Source of the DNA: Phycisphaerae bacterium | GTDB lineage: Bacteria; Planctomycetota; Phycisphaerae; UBA1845; Fen-1342 | DNA: 64,000 nt | Direction: 5' to 3' | Assembly: GCA_050115495.1 (NCBI GenBank) | Contig: JASFQK010000012.1 | Span: 32,001-96,000 of the forward strand | In this document: positions 29,332 to 40,532 of the stretch, piece after piece | Layout of the letters: each line of letters starts with the position of its first letter | Position numbering within the stretch: the stretch's first letter is position 1 | Position numbers and translations under genes: made by a program | Notes under the pieces: generated by a model | Seen by the model: only the letters and a program-made list of their open reading frames with translations | Told to the model about the DNA's origin: nothing | Databases searched by the model: none

Positions 29332-29775
29332 ATGGCAAACGCGAACGTCGAAAAAGGTCTCAACGGTCTTCTGGCCGATTCCACCGTCCTCTACGAGAAG
29401 CTCCACGCGTTCCACTGGTACGTCGCCGGTCCGCAGTTCTTCCAGCTCCACGCCAAGTTCGAGGAGCTGTACGACCGCTTCGCGGAGGTCACCGATGACC
29501 TCGCCGAGCGTATCCTGACCATCGGTGGCAAGCCGGTCGCGACGCTGCGCGGCGTCCTCGAGCTCGCCGAGATCAAGGAATACACCGGGACCAAGTCGGG
29601 CCCGGAGATGATCGCCGCCATCGCCGCCGACTTCGAGCACCTGCTCGACCGGAGCGGCAAGGTCATCGCGGCGGCCGAAGAGGCTGACGACCGCGGCACG
29701 GCCAACCTGCTCGACGGCCTCAACGATGAGCTCCAGAAGACCCTCTGGATGCTCAAGGCCTGGCAGGCCGCGTAG
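29332..29775 (+). CDS. dps: Dps DNA-protection/ferritin-like protein
   Basis: HAFHWYVAGPQFFQLHAKFEELY, DDLAERI, KTLWML; RBS AAGGAG. Confidence 0.95.
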   Translation: MANANVEKGLNGLLADSTVLYEKLHAFHWYVAGPQFFQLHAKFEELYDRFAEVTDDLAERILTIGGKPVATLRGVLELAEIKEYTGTKSGPEMIAAIAADFEHLLDRSGKVIAAAEEADDRGTANLLDGLNDELQKTLWMLKAWQAA

Positions 29776-29806
29776 CACCGAATCCCAAGACCCCTGATAC
29801 CAGACG

Positions 29807-29840
29807 AGCCCGTGTCGCTCCCCGGCGGCGCGGGCTTTGT
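29807..29840. terminator. Intrinsic terminator after dps
   Basis: agcccgtgtcgc / gcggcgcgggct followed by a T-rich tail; between convergent genes. Confidence 0.65.
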
Positions 29841-29850
29841 CTTGTGCCCC

Positions 29851-30852
29851 CTACTCGTTGTACCGCCGAAAGATGCGGCAGATCGCCAGCGTGACCCAGA
29901 GTTGCATCGAGCGGGCGCGAGTGGGTGAGGCCCCGCCGCGTTTCGCGTACGAGAGCTTCCACAGGCCGTCGCGCTGCTGACGCTCGATCAGCCAGCGCAG
30001 ACCGCGTTGGATATCCGGGTCGTTAGCGGGCACGCCGATGAGCGACAACGAATCCAGCGCTGCCACCAGGTGGTTCCACCAGAACGGGTACTGGAACCGC
30101 ACCCAGTAGTCGGCGGCGCGGTACGACCCGTACACGTCCGGCTGGAAGAAACGCGTCTTGAGCAGCTCCGCTGCCGCCCGCACCGGGCGCGAGCGACGAT
30201 GCCGCGAGTGCGCTGCGAATCCCCGCAACACCATGCCCGTCCAGTTGTGTGAGAACGGCTTGCCGCGGTCGGGTTCGAGCGGCTCGGCGTACTCGCTCGT
30301 CAGGCGGTACATCTCCGCCCGGTTGAGCTTGTGTGTCAGCAGCGGGATCGTCCAGCCGCCATCGTCCTGGCGCATGTCGAGCAGCCACCGCAGGCCGCGC
30401 TCGACCCGCGGATCGGTCCCGTAGCCAGCCTTGATCAGCAGCCCGAGTATCGCCCCGGTGTAGTACGTGGCGTACTGGTTGGCGATCATGCCGCGGATGT
30501 CGCCAGCGGGCGTTTGACACGAGAGCAGGAACTCCGCCGCCTGCCTTCCGGCGGGATGCTCGCGCGTGAAGGCGTACTGCTCGACCAGTACGCGGAACTG
30601 CTTCCACGTTTCGAGCAATGCGTAGTGGTGGGCGGGATAGACGGGCGGTTGCCGGCCGGGATAGCGGAACGAGCCGTTGTCGTCCTGCCGGCGAAGCAGC
30701 TTCGTCACTTCCGGTGGCGTCCACAACGTGCGGGCGGGTTCGACGTCCTCGCCCAGCAACTCCCGCCGCACGTGATACGTCAGTGCCGGATCGTCGGCCG
30801 ACATCAGCGGCGTGACGGGATCGTGGCGTAACATCTTCCGCCAACGGCTCAT
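29851..30852 (-). CDS. Prenyltransferase/squalene-cyclase repeat (alpha/alpha toroid) protein
   Basis: QDDNGSF, QTPAGD, RQDDGGW, QQRDGLW repeats; no DxDD motif. Confidence 0.7.
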   Translation of the reverse strand: MSRWRKMLRHDPVTPLMSADDPALTYHVRRELLGEDVEPARTLWTPPEVTKLLRRQDDNGSFRYPGRQPPVYPAHHYALLETWKQFRVLVEQYAFTREHPAGRQAAEFLLSCQTPAGDIRGMIANQYATYYTGAILGLLIKAGYGTDPRVERGLRWLLDMRQDDGGWTIPLLTHKLNRAEMYRLTSEYAEPLEPDRGKPFSHNWTGMVLRGFAAHSRHRRSRPVRAAAELLKTRFFQPDVYGSYRAADYWVRFQYPFWWNHLVAALDSLSLIGVPANDPDIQRGLRWLIERQQRDGLWKLSYAKRGGASPTRARSMQLWVTLAICRIFRRYNE

Positions 30853-30898
30853 CTGGAAGCCAGGCTCCCTGCTTTGGCGCGGCACTCCGCTCGGGCAG

Positions 30899-32818
30899 TT
30901 ACGCCGAGGGCGTCTCGCGGTCCAGGACCTCGCGCACACGTTCGAGAAGCTGCCGCCGGCTGAAGGGCTTCGCGAGGAACTCGACGCCGCTGTCGAGCAC
31001 GCCGTGATGGGCGATGACGTTGGACGTATAGCCGGACACGTACAGCGTGCGCACGTCGGGCCGGCGGGCGGTGATGGCCGCGGCCAGCTTCCGGCCGTTC
31101 AACTCGGGCATGATGACGTCGGTCACTAGCAGATGGAGGGGCCCGTCGTGCTCCGCGGCCAGCTGTAGGGCGTCACGCGGTCGGCGGGCTTCGAGCACGC
31201 AGTAGCCGGCCTCCCGGAGCATGCGGGCCGTCAGGTCGCGCACGGCCAGATCATCCTCGCAGACGAGGATCGTCTCCGTGCCCGTGGGTAGGATCCGCTC
31301 CCGCTCCTCGGCCGCCACCACCTCTGGCGCGGCCGGGACCAGCGGCAGGTACACGCGGAAGGTCGAGCCCTGCCCGACTTCGCTATAGACGCTGACGTGC
31401 CCGCCGGCCTGCTTCACGATCCCGTAGACGGTGGACAGACCGAGGCCGGTGCCCTGTCCCAGCGGTTTCGTGGTGAAGAACGGCTCGAAGATGTGCTTCA
31501 GTGTCTCCGGCTCGATCCCGGTGCCCGTGTTGCTCACGGCCAGGAGCACGTGTGCGCCGGCCTTGGCCTCCGGGTGACTAGCGACGTAGGCCTCATCGAG
31601 CACGGCGTTGCCCGTTTCGACTGTGAGCTTGCCCCCCTCGGGCATCGCGTCGCGGGCGTTTACCACCAGGTTGACGACCACCTGCTCCAATTGCCCCGGA
31701 TCTGCCTTGACCGTCGCCGGCGCGGCGGACCGCACCAGTCGGAGATCGATGTCCTCGGTGATCAGCCGGCGGAGCAGTTTCTCCACCTCGTTGAGCATTC
31801 GATTGAGGTCGAGCACCTTGGGACGCATGACCTGCCGGCGGCTGAAGGCCAGCAATTGCCGGGTCAGTGCCGCGGCACGTTGCGCGCTGCGCTCGATCTG
31901 GTGCAACCCTTCCTGAAGGCGAGCCGCCTCCGGATAGTGGGCCCGGACTTCCCCGGTGGCCAGCTCGACGTTGCCGAACATGGCGGTGAGGATGTTGTTG
32001 AAATCGTGCGCCACACCGCCGGCCAGTTGTCCGATGGCCTCCAGCTTCTGCGATTCGCGCAGGCGGGCCTCGAGCCGCTCCCGCTCGACGGCGACCCGTT
32101 TGGCTTCGGTCAGGTCGCGCACGTAGGCGCAGGCATAGCCCTGGCCGCCGAACTCGATGTGATTGGCGGTCACTTCGACCGGGAAGCGCGAGCCGTCCTT
32201 GCGACAGTACGTGGCCTCGAAGGTCCGGACCTTGTCGTTCAGCAGTCCGGCCCAGAAGTCCGGCCAGGCGTCGGCCGGCAGGTCGGGATCGATGTCGCTG
32301 ATCGTCAGGCCGGGCACCTCGGTGGCCGCATAGTCCAGGGCACGGCAGGCCTCGTGGTTGACGTAGGCCAGCCGCCCGTCGCTACGGATCCAGAGGCAAC
32401 TGATAGAGGCCCGGTCGATGGCCGCCTGCGTCAGCTGCAACTGCTGCTCGACCTGCCGCCGGCGGGTGATGTCCCGCACGAACACCACGTGAAAATCCAC
32501 CTTGTCCCCGACGACGTGCGTGGCCGCGACCTCCACCGGGAAGACGACGCCGTTCTTCCGGCGGTGCCACGTCTCGAGGCACATCGTGGTCACGCCTCCG
32601 CCGTGGCGGAAGTGCGCCCAGTCCCGCTCCCAGCGCTCGCGGGAGTAGACGGGGTCGATGTCCCAGAGCGTCAGCCGCAGCAGCTCTTCGCGCGTGTAGC
32701 CGAGTATCCGGCAGGCCTGCTCGTTCACGTAGATGAACCCGCCTTCGCTGTTCATCCAGTGGATAGCATCCGGGGCGTTGTCGGTGGTGAACTTGAACAG
32801 GTCGAGCTTCTCGGTCAC
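30899..32818 (-). CDS. Cytoplasmic hybrid histidine kinase (PAS-PAS-HisKA-HATPase-REC)
   Basis: AHDFNNIL, NARDAM, GTGLGL, LLVTDVIMP, LAKPF. Confidence 0.95.
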   Translation of the reverse strand: MTEKLDLFKFTTDNAPDAIHWMNSEGGFIYVNEQACRILGYTREELLRLTLWDIDPVYSRERWERDWAHFRHGGGVTTMCLETWHRRKNGVVFPVEVAATHVVGDKVDFHVVFVRDITRRRQVEQQLQLTQAAIDRASISCLWIRSDGRLAYVNHEACRALDYAATEVPGLTISDIDPDLPADAWPDFWAGLLNDKVRTFEATYCRKDGSRFPVEVTANHIEFGGQGYACAYVRDLTEAKRVAVERERLEARLRESQKLEAIGQLAGGVAHDFNNILTAMFGNVELATGEVRAHYPEAARLQEGLHQIERSAQRAAALTRQLLAFSRRQVMRPKVLDLNRMLNEVEKLLRRLITEDIDLRLVRSAAPATVKADPGQLEQVVVNLVVNARDAMPEGGKLTVETGNAVLDEAYVASHPEAKAGAHVLLAVSNTGTGIEPETLKHIFEPFFTTKPLGQGTGLGLSTVYGIVKQAGGHVSVYSEVGQGSTFRVYLPLVPAAPEVVAAEERERILPTGTETILVCEDDLAVRDLTARMLREAGYCVLEARRPRDALQLAAEHDGPLHLLVTDVIMPELNGRKLAAAITARRPDVRTLYVSGYTSNVIAHHGVLDSGVEFLAKPFSRRQLLERVREVLDRETPSA

Positions 32819-33183
32819 ACCCTCATCCTCGCTCCCCTCGGGCCGCGCCGATATTGCCAGAGCACTTGGTCCGCATTATTGCCCCCGCGGCCCGTATTGC
32901 CAACGACCTGGCAGCTTCGCCGTAATACCGGATCCGCCCCCCGGCGCGGTTGGCCGGACCCGTTATCGGCGCGACGGCGGCGGTGACGGATCGCCGTCGC
33001 CGCGTCCTGCCGGCCGGCCGTGATACTGCAGACCCCGACACGCTTTGTCGATGATCTCCGCGGGCGCGACGCATGCAGTAGTTGCGACGCGGCGCCGGGG
33101 CCCTCGCCGTCAAAACCAGCCAGCCCACCGGAAACGTACCGGTCTGCCGGTGTGGCGGCCATTCATGGGGAAGCGAGACTGCC

Positions 33184-34314
33184 ATGTCACTGGACTTCCG
33201 GTCTGCCTGGACGGACGTGGAGAACACCCGCGCCGCGCTGGACGAGTTGCGTGAGCAGATCGCTCAACCCTCGCCGGCGTGTGTGTTTTACTACTGCTCG
33301 CCTACGTACGACCTCGACCAACTGGCCCGGGCGCTCACCGAGGCTTACGACTGCCCGATACTCGCCTGCACGACGGCGGGGGAGATTGTGCCCGGACATG
33401 GCTATGTGCACAACGGGATCGCCGCCGCCAGTTTGGGCTCGCCGCACCTGAATGTCGTGCAGGAGTCCATCAAGGACGTGCGGGCCCTCGACAGCATGGC
33501 TGCCCAGCAGATGAAGATCCGGCTGCTCGACAAGCTGGGCGGAGCGTGCCCGGCCAATGAAACGCGCTTCGGCATCCTGCTGATCGACGGCCTGTGCGGC
33601 TGGGAGGAGATCGTCGCGGCCAACGTGTACGGCGCCCTGGCCGGTGTGCCGATCGTCGGGGGTTCCGCCGGCGAGCCCGGCGGGCTGAACGAAACGCGCG
33701 TGCTGGTCGACGGCCAGTTCCGGACGAACGCCGCCACGCTGACCGTGGTGCAGACGTCGCTGCCCTGCACGATCTTCAAGTCGGACCACTTCGAGTCCAC
33801 CGAGACACGCTTCGTGGTGACCGGGGCGGACACCGAAAAACGCCTTATCCTCGAAATCGACGGGATGAACCCCGCCGACTTCTACGTCGAGCATACGGGC
33901 ATCACGCCTGACGCTTTCAACCTCACCCTGGCCGCCCGCCATCCGCTGCTGTTGCCGGTGGGCGGGGACCACTACGCCCGCAGTGTGCACCACGCCGAGC
34001 CGAACGGCAGCCTGGCCATGTTCTGTGCCATCGAGGAGGGCATCGTCATGCGCCTCGGGCGCTGCCTGGACATCGTCGGCGAGGCGGATCAGCAGCGCCG
34101 GGCGATTCAGGCCCTGCTGCCCAAGCACCGTGTCACACTCGGCTTCGATTGCATCCTCCGCCGCCTCGAAGTGCTCGACCGCGACGTGCGCGAGCCGATG
34201 CGCCAGGTCATCGACGACATGAAGCTGTTCGCCTTCAACACGTACGGCGAGCAGTACAACGGGCTGCACGTCAACCAGACGCTCACGGGCGTGGCCCTCG
34301 GAGCACCCACGTAA
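33184..34314 (+). CDS. FIST-domain protein (NosP-like)
   Basis: [47 protein letters not shown]. Confidence 0.9.
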   Translation: MSLDFRSAWTDVENTRAALDELREQIAQPSPACVFYYCSPTYDLDQLARALTEAYDCPILACTTAGEIVPGHGYVHNGIAAASLGSPHLNVVQESIKDVRALDSMAAQQMKIRLLDKLGGACPANETRFGILLIDGLCGWEEIVAANVYGALAGVPIVGGSAGEPGGLNETRVLVDGQFRTNAATLTVVQTSLPCTIFKSDHFESTETRFVVTGADTEKRLILEIDGMNPADFYVEHTGITPDAFNLTLAARHPLLLPVGGDHYARSVHHAEPNGSLAMFCAIEEGIVMRLGRCLDIVGEADQQRRAIQALLPKHRVTLGFDCILRRLEVLDRDVREPMRQVIDDMKLFAFNTYGEQYNGLHVNQTLTGVALGAPT

Positions 34315-35825
34315 TGGACAGCGAGCACATGGCGGCAAAGTTGAGCCAGCTCGAAAAAGAGGTCGAGCGGCTACGGCGGGTGAACCAGTCACTCATGGAC
34401 CGCGTCGAGCGCGGGCTGGCCTCGGGCGCTTCCACGTTCGGGGCCTTCGAGCGGGCCCTCTCCCTCGAAGCCATCGTCGCCCAGCGCACGCACGACCTCG
34501 CTGCCGCCAAGAAGCTCGCCGAAGCCCAGGCCTGCGAGCTCAAGCAGCAGGCCGTCGAGCTCGAAGGGGCCCGTGCCTCTGCCGAGGAGGCCATGCAACA
34601 GCTCCGCGCCGCCACGCTCAAGGCCGAGCAGGCCAACCGCTCCAAGAGCGAGTTCCTGGCCAACATGAGTCACGAGATTCGCACGCCCATGACCGCCATT
34701 CTCGGTTTCGCCGACGTCCTGCTCGACGAGGCCGACAGCCAGCGCGAACGCTGCGAGAAGATCGAGGCGGCCAAGACCATCAAGCGCAACGGTGAGTACC
34801 TCCTCGCCATCATCAACGACATCCTCGACCTCTCCAAGATCGAGGCCGGCAAGCTCGCCGTCGAGTGCGTCTCGTGCTCGCTCTGTCAAGTCCTCGCCGA
34901 GGTGACCTCGCTGATGGGCTCGCGGGCCGCTGCCAAGGGCCTCGGCCTCGAGATCCGTTTCGCCTCGCCCGTGCCGGACACGCTGTACACCGACCCCGTC
35001 CGCCTTCGCCAGATCCTCATTAACCTCGTCGGCAACTCCATCAAGTTCACCGAGATCGGCAGCATCCAGGTCATCCTCGATCTGCTGCGCGACGACGCCA
35101 ACTCACTCATGCAGTTCGATATCGTCGACACCGGCGTCGGCATGACCCCGGCTCAGGCCGAACGCGTCTTCATCGCCTTCGAGCAGGCCGACGCCTCGAC
35201 CAGCCGCAGGTTCGGCGGAACCGGCTTGGGCACGACCATCAGCAAGCGCCTGGCCGAGAGCCTCGGCGGCGGTGTGCGACTGGTCGAGACGCAGTCCGGC
35301 GTCGGCACCCGCATGCGCGTCACCGTCGCCACCGGCCCGCTCGACGGCATACGCCTCATCGACGATCCCGTCGCCGTCGGCGTCGCCGCCGGCGAGAACA
35401 GCGCCGTGACGGACAGGATGCCCTGCCCCGGTCACCTCAACTGCCGGATCCTGCTCGCCGAGGACGGCCCCGACAATCAGCGCCTGATCGCTCACCATTT
35501 GAAGAAGGCCGGCGCCGAGGTCACCATCGTCGAGAACGGCGCCGTCGCCGTCGAGACGGCCCTGGCCGCCTGCGCTGCGGATCACCCCTTCGACGTGATC
35601 CTGATGGACATGCAGATGCCGGTCATGGACGGCTACACGGCCACGCGTACGCTGCGCAATCGCAACTACTGCCGCCCAATCATCGCCCTCACGGCGCACG
35701 CCATGTCCGACGCCCGGCAGGTGTGCCTCGACGCCGGCTGCGACGACTACGCCACGAAGCCCATCGATCGCGTTACCCTGATCGACACGATCAGCCATTA
35801 CCTCCCCGCCGCCAGCCCCGCTTGA
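34314..35825 (+). CDS. Hybrid histidine kinase translationally coupled to the FIST gene
   Basis: TAATG overlap; N-terminal coiled coil [24 protein letters not shown] with ILMDMQMP. Confidence 0.95.
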   Translation: MDSEHMAAKLSQLEKEVERLRRVNQSLMDRVERGLASGASTFGAFERALSLEAIVAQRTHDLAAAKKLAEAQACELKQQAVELEGARASAEEAMQQLRAATLKAEQANRSKSEFLANMSHEIRTPMTAILGFADVLLDEADSQRERCEKIEAAKTIKRNGEYLLAIINDILDLSKIEAGKLAVECVSCSLCQVLAEVTSLMGSRAAAKGLGLEIRFASPVPDTLYTDPVRLRQILINLVGNSIKFTEIGSIQVILDLLRDDANSLMQFDIVDTGVGMTPAQAERVFIAFEQADASTSRRFGGTGLGTTISKRLAESLGGGVRLVETQSGVGTRMRVTVATGPLDGIRLIDDPVAVGVAAGENSAVTDRMPCPGHLNCRILLAEDGPDNQRLIAHHLKKAGAEVTIVENGAVAVETALAACAADHPFDVILMDMQMPVMDGYTATRTLRNRNYCRPIIALTAHAMSDARQVCLDAGCDDYATKPIDRVTLIDTISHYLPAASPA

Positions 35826-35958
35826 AACACGCCGCGGGTCTGCGCAGGACGCTCCCCTTCGGTTATCATGACGCCGCCGACCGCGGTCGGCCCGCTCCGA
35901 TGTCGCCAGCGCGGTGGTGGCCGGCCCGGGCGCCCGCAGCCTCAGAGACGCGGCTGAC

Positions 35959-38337
35959 ATGATCGACCCGCAACATCCGGACTACGCGAACCACCCGGCG
36001 TCGCCCAGCCGTCCGGCGTTCGGCTACGCCCCGGCCGATGCCCACGCTCCGCCAGCTGTCACCGTCGTCACCCCCTTCCACGACACCGGCGATGTGTTTC
36101 GCCAGACCGCCGCCTGCGTCCTCGGCCAGAGCTTCCAGCAATGGGAGTGGCTGATCGTCAACGACGGCTCGACCGATTCCGCCGCCCTCAGTCTGCTCGA
36201 CGAGTACCGCCGGCGGGACCCGCGCATCCGCGTCATCGATCACCCGCAGAACCGCGGCCTGCCCGCCGCTCGCAACACCGGCTTCGCCGAAGCCCGCAGC
36301 GATTTCGTCTTCCTGCTCGACGATGACGACCTGATCGAGCCGACGACGCTGGAGAAGGCCTTCTGGTATCTGCGGGCCCATCCGTCGTACGCCATGGCCA
36401 ACGGCTGGTCCGTCGGCTTCGGGGCGAGCACGTACCTCTGGCAGCTCGGCTTCGAGCGCGGCGCGGAGTTCCTCCAGCAGAACCTCACGCCCTGCATGGC
36501 CATGATTCGCCGCAGCGCCTACCAGGCTATCGGCGGCTTCGCCGAGGACATTCGCGGCGGTATGGAAGACTGGGATTTCTGGCTCCACCTGGCCAGCCGC
36601 GGCATGTGGGGCGGCACCATCCCCGAATACCTCACCTGGTATCGCCGCCGGGCCGACCACGGCGATCGTTGGCAGAACCTTGCTGGCCCGCAACGGCGCG
36701 AGGCGTTCATCCGCGGTCTGCGCGAACGCTATCCGCGCCTCTACGACGGCACGTTTCCCCGCCCGGCGGTGCCCTGGCCCGAGTCTTTCGAGGCCATCAG
36801 CGAGCCGCCCGAGAACCTCAACCGCCTGGCCAAGCGCTCCCGCCGCCTGCTTATGATCGTTCCCTGGCTCCGTTACGGCGGCGCCGACAAGTTCAACCTC
36901 GACCTGCTCGAACAGCTTACGCGGCAGGGCTGGGAAGTCACCGTCGTCACGACATTGCCCCGCAGTCACAACCTCGCCCCGCTCTTTGCCCGCTACACGC
37001 CGGACGTGTTCATCCTGGAGCACTTCCTGCGGCCGGCGGAGCGTCCGGCGTTTCTGCGTTACCTGATCGACTCGCGGCAGCCCGACCTCGTGCTCCTCAG
37101 CAGCAGCGAGCAGGCTTACCTGCTTCTGCCTTACCTGCGGGCCTTCTGCCCCACGCCGACCTACATCGACTATTGCCACATGGAGCAGCACGACTGGAAG
37201 AGCGGAGGCTATCCGCGCTACGGCGCCGGCGTTCAGGACCAGCTCGATCTCAACATCGTCTGCTCGGAGCATCTCAAGAACTGGATGAGCGAGCGCGGCG
37301 CTGATCCCACCCGCATCGACATTGCCTACCTCGGCGTCGATCCCGAGCACTGGCGACCGGACGCCGACGTCCGCCGCCGCGTGCGCGCCGAGTTCAACCT
37401 CGGCGACAACGACCCCGTGATCCTCTTCACCGGCCGTATCAGCGACCAGAAACAGCCGGCCGTGCTCGGTGGGGCGCTCGCCGCCCTCGCCGACCGGGGT
37501 GCCGACTTTCGCGCCCTGATCGCCGGCGACGGCGAAGACGAGGCCTGGCTCAAAGGGTTCATCAACGAACGCGGCCTGGGCGAGCGTGTGCGCCTGCTCG
37601 GCGCCGTGCCGAGCGAACGGGTCCTGGAACTGCTGCGAGCCAGCGACATTCTCTTCCTGCCCTCACGCTGGGAGGGCATCGCCCTGAGCATCTACGAGGC
37701 GATGGGTTGTGGCCTGGCCATCGTCGGTGCCGACGTCGGCGGCCAGCGTGAGCTCGTCACGCCCGATTGCGGCGTCCTCATCGACCGGGCCACCGAGCGA
37801 GCCGAAATCGACCGCTATGCGGCGGAACTGGCCCGCCTTGTACGCGACCTGCCCCGCTGCCGCGAGATGGGCCGCAACGGCCGCCGCCGAGTGCAGGAGC
37901 ACTTCACCGTCGAGCGCATGATGGAGCGTCTGCTGCGCGCGTTCGCCCGCGCGGCCGACCTGCACGTGCAGGCCCCGCGCGATCGGCTGAGCCCCGGTCT
38001 GGCCCGCGAACTCGCCGTGCAGGGCATCGAGCTCACCCGCATCACCGCCGTGGCCGACGAGGCCTACTTCGAGCACCGCCGCCTGCAAAGCGAAATCGAC
38101 GCAAACAAGACCTACTGCGCCGAACTCGCCGAGGCCCGCGAGTATTTCCTGACCACGATCGCGGAGTTGAAGGAATCGCGCGGACTCATGGAGCAGGAGC
38201 TCGCCGCCCAGCAGGCCCAGGCGGCCCGGCTGCAAGCCTTCGTGAACAACCTGCAGAGCCGGTGGTGGTGGCGCGCCGCTCGCGGGATCGCCCGAACGCT
38301 GCGTATCGACGCCCGACTGCGGCCGCCGCAGGACTGA
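35959..38337 (+). CDS. Bifunctional glycosyltransferase (GT2 + GT4) with C-terminal coiled coil
   Basis: IVNDGSTD, LDDDD, EDWDFW; then GGAD, EGIALSIYEAM. Confidence 0.9.
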   Translation: MIDPQHPDYANHPASPSRPAFGYAPADAHAPPAVTVVTPFHDTGDVFRQTAACVLGQSFQQWEWLIVNDGSTDSAALSLLDEYRRRDPRIRVIDHPQNRGLPAARNTGFAEARSDFVFLLDDDDLIEPTTLEKAFWYLRAHPSYAMANGWSVGFGASTYLWQLGFERGAEFLQQNLTPCMAMIRRSAYQAIGGFAEDIRGGMEDWDFWLHLASRGMWGGTIPEYLTWYRRRADHGDRWQNLAGPQRREAFIRGLRERYPRLYDGTFPRPAVPWPESFEAISEPPENLNRLAKRSRRLLMIVPWLRYGGADKFNLDLLEQLTRQGWEVTVVTTLPRSHNLAPLFARYTPDVFILEHFLRPAERPAFLRYLIDSRQPDLVLLSSSEQAYLLLPYLRAFCPTPTYIDYCHMEQHDWKSGGYPRYGAGVQDQLDLNIVCSEHLKNWMSERGADPTRIDIAYLGVDPEHWRPDADVRRRVRAEFNLGDNDPVILFTGRISDQKQPAVLGGALAALADRGADFRALIAGDGEDEAWLKGFINERGLGERVRLLGAVPSERVLELLRASDILFLPSRWEGIALSIYEAMGCGLAIVGADVGGQRELVTPDCGVLIDRATERAEIDRYAAELARLVRDLPRCREMGRNGRRRVQEHFTVERMMERLLRAFARAADLHVQAPRDRLSPGLARELAVQGIELTRITAVADEAYFEHRRLQSEIDANKTYCAELAEAREYFLTTIAELKESRGLMEQELAAQQAQAARLQAFVNNLQSRWWWRAARGIARTLRIDARLRPPQD

Positions 38338-38340
38338 GCC

Positions 38341-40419
38341 ATGCCGCCGCCAGCTGCTTCGCCTCCCACCACCGGCGACGCTTCGTCCGACCAGCTCGGC
38401 GGTGAGCCCCAGGTGCCATCACGCGTCTGGGATCGGCGGGCGGTCATCGCGTACCTGGTCTTCTGGGCGTTGTGGACGACGGTCCTGAGCGTCGTCTGGC
38501 TGCGTCACCCCGACGTGGATCATGGCGACTGGTACAGCGACGCCAACACGCTCAACGCCGGCCGCACCTGGGACCGTCACGGCTTCGGCTCGCAATCCGC
38601 CGTGCCGCAGCCCTTCTGCTTCTCCGACGACCCGCCGGCGAGGGAACCGTACATCACGTACCCGCCCCTGCCCGACTGGATCCACCAGGGGCTAAAGGCG
38701 TGCGGGCTGCGCGAGCTGTGGCACTTTCGCGCCGTCGCTCTTGCGGTCACGGCCCTGGCCGGCCTGCTGGCCCTGCCCGTCTTCGCCGCCCTCAGCGGAA
38801 GCTGGTGCGTCGGGGCCCTGGCCGGATTCTTCTATCAAGTCAATGCGGCGTTCAGCGGCTACGCGGACAATCTGCGGTACACGTCGTACGCCCAGTTGTC
38901 GCTGCTGGTCCTACTGCTCGCCTGGTGCTGGCTCGAACGTGCGACGGCCGGGCCGCAGCGCCGCCGGCGTACGGCCGTGCTGGCCATCGCGCTGTTCATC
39001 GACACCTGGCTGACGATCGAGCACGTCATCTTCATCTGGATCTTCGCCGCGCTGCGCACCTGGCGCTGGCCGCTACGTCCACGCCTGACGCTGGCCGCCG
39101 TGCTCGTCGCCATCCCCCTCTTCAGCGGCGTGCTGCGCGTGACGCAGACGGCCACCGCGCTCGGCGGATTCGATCCGGTGCTGACCACGTTGACCGACAC
39201 CGTGGCCGACCGCCAGGGTTTCGGCCAACCCGACATCACTTACGGCCGGCTGGCCTGGACCTGGGCCGAGCGCCTCGGGCTCGCGTTCTTCGAGGGCGCG
39301 TACTTCGAGTACGAATTCGAGTTCCCTCTGCTGCGGCCCAGCGTCGCCATCCCGGTCCTGCTGCTGGGCGTACTGGCCTGGCGCCGGCGCCGTGACGAAT
39401 GGGCTTGGCTCACGCCGGCGTGGCGGGCTACCGGGGCCCTGCTCCTGCCGGCCGCCGTGTGGTTCATCCTGCTGAGGCAGCACGGCATCATTCACCGCCA
39501 TCTCGTCATGCTCCTGCTCCCCGGCCTGTCGCTCCTGCTGGCGGTCCTCGCCGCCGGCGGCCTGCGCTGTTGGCCCCGAGGACCGGGCGGTCTGCGCCGC
39601 TGGCTGCCGGCCGCGGCGGCGATTGTGCTCCTGCTGGGCTTCACTGCCGGCATGCGTCGCACACATTTCCTTAACCAGGAATTACCACTCGACGCTTCGG
39701 TCCGCCGGCTCATCGACGAACGCCGCGCCGTCGTTACTTCCGTGAAGAACATCCGCGAGTCGCTGCCGAACACGACCCGCCTCTGGTTCTACTATCCCCA
39801 GCCGGACCAGGCCTACCTCCTCGACCGTTACTTCGAGACCGTCCACAACGTGTGCCTCGACGACGTCCAGCCCGGTGAGGCCTGGGTCAGCTACGCCTGG
39901 ACTTACGGCGACGGCGAGCCCGCCCTGCGGGCCTTCGAGCGATTCGGCTTCCCCGACATGCGCTCTGTCGTCCCGGAACGCTTGCTCATCTTTCACGATG
40001 ACACCGCCCCCGCCGTCGAAATCGACACACATTTCGGCGATGAACTCACGCTCCGTCGCCTGCGCTGCGTCCCCACGCTCGACGGACAGGCGCACGTTCT
40101 GCAATACGAGTTCGCAGGCCCCTTCGACGCCGACCGCACCCCGGCTCGGACACTGGTCTGCCGCCTGGTCGGCCCGGATGGCGACGAACGTTGGTCTGCC
40201 TCGGAGCACCTGCCGTGGCTCCACGACGATGAACGCTGCTTCGGCTGGCACATCGTCCCCTCCGCCGCCGTCCAAAACGCGATCCTCCACGTCGGCGTCT
40301 ACCAGGAGCCGAACGAAACCTGGCTGCTGCCGCAGCTCGGCGACGCCGGCAGGTGGACCGGCGCCGGGGTCGACGAGACGGGCCGCTTCCTGAGCTGGCC
40401 CGTCACAGCGGCGGACTGA
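38341..40419 (+). CDS. Polytopic membrane protein, probable GT-C glycosyltransferase
   Basis: Many TM segments, early acidic loop (YSDA), YITYPPL, C-terminal soluble domain; glycosylation context. Confidence 0.65.
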   Translation: MPPPAASPPTTGDASSDQLGGEPQVPSRVWDRRAVIAYLVFWALWTTVLSVVWLRHPDVDHGDWYSDANTLNAGRTWDRHGFGSQSAVPQPFCFSDDPPAREPYITYPPLPDWIHQGLKACGLRELWHFRAVALAVTALAGLLALPVFAALSGSWCVGALAGFFYQVNAAFSGYADNLRYTSYAQLSLLVLLLAWCWLERATAGPQRRRRTAVLAIALFIDTWLTIEHVIFIWIFAALRTWRWPLRPRLTLAAVLVAIPLFSGVLRVTQTATALGGFDPVLTTLTDTVADRQGFGQPDITYGRLAWTWAERLGLAFFEGAYFEYEFEFPLLRPSVAIPVLLLGVLAWRRRRDEWAWLTPAWRATGALLLPAAVWFILLRQHGIIHRHLVMLLLPGLSLLLAVLAAGGLRCWPRGPGGLRRWLPAAAAIVLLLGFTAGMRRTHFLNQELPLDASVRRLIDERRAVVTSVKNIRESLPNTTRLWFYYPQPDQAYLLDRYFETVHNVCLDDVQPGEAWVSYAWTYGDGEPALRAFERFGFPDMRSVVPERLLIFHDDTAPAVEIDTHFGDELTLRRLRCVPTLDGQAHVLQYEFAGPFDADRTPARTLVCRLVGPDGDERWSASEHLPWLHDDERCFGWHIVPSAAVQNAILHVGVYQEPNETWLLPQLGDAGRWTGAGVDETGRFLSWPVTAAD

Positions 40420-40532
40420 GCCGGCGCGGTCTGGCGTCGATGCGCCCTCGCGACTATGCTCTGCGCTGGCCCGGTGGGTGGTCTCTGGCGCCAAAGACCA
40501 CGGGTCAGCGAGTGGACCTTTCGATACAGATC

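Noticed and set aside
29851..30852. Squalene-hopene cyclase
   Set aside because: Too short (one barrel) and lacks DxDD.
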